DNA from: Macrostomum lignano
Taxonomy: Eukaryota
Assembly: GCA_002269645.1 (NCBI GenBank)
Contig: NIVC01002067.1
Span: forward strand, 124,001-188,000
DNA: 64,000 bases
Direction of reading: 5' to 3'
Below are positions 61,202 through 64,000 of the stretch, in pieces. The translations under genes were made by a program, and so were the position numbers. Positions within the stretch are counted from its first letter, which is position 1. Every line of letters begins with the position of its first letter. The notes beneath the pieces are model-generated. The model ran no database searches, was not told the DNA's origin, and was given only the letters and a program-made list of their open reading frames with translations.

Positions 61202-62434
61202 GCCTCGTCGCCACTGTAAAGACTTCACTTAGTTTGCGTGGCAGAAAGATGCTTATGCGATAGCACGATAAATCATTCATATATGTATTTGTCGAAATAG
61301 TATTTTAACCGATCAATAATTTGGGGAATGTAAAATAGACATATTAGTCACGTGCACGTACGCACAAAAGAACAAGCGAAGGAGAGAGTTGAAGGGCACG
61401 ATGGTAAAGTGTACGCAGCAACCCCCAGCACCCCACACAACACAAACCAAGTCACTACACTCTTCCTCTCTCACCCTCTTCCTCTCTCACCCTCTTCCTC
61501 TCTCCCCATCTTCCTCTCTCACCCTCTTCCTCTCTCACCCTCTTCCTCTCTCACCCTCTTCCTCTCTCACCCTCTTCCTCTCTCACCCTCGTCCTCTCTC
61601 ACCCTCTTCCTCTCTCACCCTCTTCCTCTCTCACCCTCTTCCTCTCTCACCCTCTTCCTCTCTCCCCATCTTCCTCTCTCACCCTCTTCCTCTCTCACCC
61701 TCTTCCTCTCTCACCCTCTTCCTCTCTCACCCTCTTCCTCTCTCCCCATCTTCCTCTCTCCCCATCTTCCTCTCTCCCCATCTTCGTCTCTCCCCATCTT
61801 CCTCTCTCACCATCTTCCTCTCTCCCCATCTTCCTCTCTCACCATCTTCCTCTCTCACCATCTTTCTCTCTCCCCATCTTCCTCTCTCCCACGCTTCCTC
61901 TCTCCCCTCTTCCTTTCTCCGTGTCTGTTTTGTCTAGCCTCTCACCTGCCCAAAACTCGACAGTAGCTATACATTACACTCGGTGACTTGCGTTGCCAAA
62001 AAATGCAGCGCGCTTTGAACCACTCGAATCACAAGAAAGCATTTTGTTATTTACCAAAAAGCGTCAGTTTTAAAAGTTCTGTGGCTATAAATCTGCTATA
62101 CAATGCCTGCAGAAGGTTGTAAATTTATCGAACTGTTTTATCATTGTACCTAAATTGCATTGGCACGAGTATTGCATATTAGCGAACCGCTGAAACTGCA
62201 GGTGCTATTTGAATGTTTCAGAATGGAATTTAATGACAGAAGTCTATCCAAACCCTGTTTATATACTTCGTAGTTAAATAGCATTTCTGGCATCAACGTC
62301 TTCTACATACAAGCACTTATGCATCATTTGCCACTTATTTCCGCAACTTATATTGATGATTTTAGCTTCATAAAGTTATATACGCCTCATATTGGTCTTA
62401 TGAAAAATCTCGTCATTTTAAGAAATTAAAAAAA

Positions 62435-63115
62435 TAATTTTAGCTTCATAAAGTTATATACGCTACATACTGGTATTATAAAATTCGTTATTGAAAAGGA
62501 TTTTTTTAAAACATACTTAATAGATTTAGCTTTATAAAGTTTTTACGCTACATATCGATATTGTAAATTTTTTTGAAAAGGAATTTTTTAAAAACTTAAT
62601 AATTTTAGCTTCATAAAGTTATTTACGCTACATATCGGTATTTTAAATTTTTTTGAAAAGGTATTTTTTAAAAAACTTAATAATTTTAGCTTCATAAAGT
62701 TATTTACGCTACATATCGGTATTTTAATTTTTTTTTGAAAAGGTATTTTTTAAAACACTTTAATTTTAGCTTCATAAAGTTATTTACGCTACATATCGGT
62801 TTTGTAAAATTTTTTGAAAAGGAATTTTTTAAAATACTTAATATTAGCTTCATAAAGTTATTTACGCTACATATCGGTTTTGTAAAATTTTTTGAAAAGG
62901 AATTTTTTAAAATACTTAATATTAGCTTCATAAAGTTATTTACGCTACATATCGGTTTTGTAAACTTTTTTTGAAAAGGAATTTTTTAAAACACTTTAAT
63001 TTTAGCTTCATAAAGTTATTTACGCTACATATCGGTTTTGTAAACTTTTTTTGAAAAGGAATTTTTTAAAACACTTTAATTTTAGCTTCATAAAGTTATT
63101 TACGCTACATATCGA
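62435..63115. repeat. 76-80 bp AT-rich tandem repeat, about 9 copies
   Basis: Unit ttttagcttcataaagttatttacgctacatatcggttttgtaaactttttttgaaaaggaattttttaaaacactttaa. Confidence 0.92.
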
Positions 63116-64000
63116 TAGTGAAGCATGCAAAGTTTACTTTCACAATTACCCTAGCATCCGCTCTAATCTCTTCTAGAAGTTAAAAAAATAAAGCCAAGAG
63201 CTAAGCCGGCCACTTGCATAATCGCAATTCATTTGCACCGCTAGATTAGAAATAAGGCAATTTTATATTTTCTGGCGTAGAAAAATAGATAAAATAACGC
63301 AATCATCAGAACTGGCTCTTCAGGAATTGAACAAGGATTTTCCAGTTACTGGAAATAAAATTCACAGTGGTAACTGGAATTCTTTCGCATTTTGCTTCTC
63401 TGCAATACTGTATTGTAGAAAGCGAAATTGTTAATAAAAATATATGAACTTGATAATTAGAGAATATCTGTTCTTGTTTTGCTCGATAAACCACCGATAT
63501 TTTGACCTTATTAAAAAACGAGACCTGGGATATTGAGGGTTGGAATAAATAACAACACACAATCGGGAATCATTGGTTGCAGCATAAAAATTAGCTCAGG
63601 CTGGCAAAAATTATGGATGGATGGCACAGTAAAGAGACACGGAAAATACATGTAAATAGACATTATTCTATGTACATCACAGCCAGGATTTCACCATAAA
63701 AAACTAACTAAATGATGGAAAAGAAGTTAACAGGTTTTTTGGTTTGTTTTTTTCTGCAAGAAAATAAGTTTATATAAATTTGAGCACAGAAACTACTTAC
63801 ACTGAGTAGTTAGTATGCGCATGCCAAAAGCAGCGACATAACTAGAGTAAGTTCATAAAGTCATTTCTTGGAAAATTAACAGAAAATGAAATAACAAAAA
63901 AAACATGCAGCGCTGCTTATACGGCACAGAAAACATGACAGTAATAATCGAAAATAAATAACAATCCTGCAATTCTCAGCATTTCATAAATAAACAGGCT

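Larger units (their letters stand above)
52584..61459 (-). mobile_element. Gypsy (Mag-like) LTR retrotransposon, outer element (about 4.47 kb without the nested insert)
   Basis: LTRs 61215-61459 and 52584-52835 (TGTA..TACA; 5 substitutions and 2 indels by eye); 5-bp TSD CTCTT; PBS TGGCGACGAGG 61203-61213; PPT 52836-52844. Confidence 0.97.

Noticed and set aside
1-64000. tRNA, rRNA or spliced-leader RNA genes
   Set aside because: No cloverleaf, rRNA-like or SL-like sequence recognised by eye.

Overview
Repeat-rich eukaryotic (metazoan) genomic DNA with spliceosomal GT-AG genes; the dense minisatellite landscape is reminiscent of flatworm (Macrostomum-like) assemblies, which is inference only. 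Host genes: the first coding exon of a calmodulin-like gene (-); a cryptic spliced type II membrane protein gene (-, about 6.4-13.8 kb, partly reconstructed); a 2-exon CD164/porimin-like sialomucin (+); and an 8-exon, 882-aa receptor protein tyrosine phosphatase (signal peptide, Thr/Ala mucin, 2 FN3, TM, single PTP domain; -). Mobile DNA: a Tc1/mariner-type MITE, an hAT-type non-autonomous element (8-bp TSD), a 2,157-bp solo-LTR-like element (4-bp TSD), three decayed RNase H-type LINE pieces, a truncated Gypsy gag, and two nested Gypsy (Mag-like) LTR retrotransposons with intact LTR pairs and TSDs. More than 20 mini/microsatellite arrays account for most long ORFs in the ORF track. Top observations: (1) an open FN3 exon lying antisense in phosphatase intron 1, bracketed by foldback-like inverted tandem-repeat arms, and phase-compatible with the gene if flipped; (2) a minisatellite in the phosphatase built from copies of its own exon end plus splice donor.
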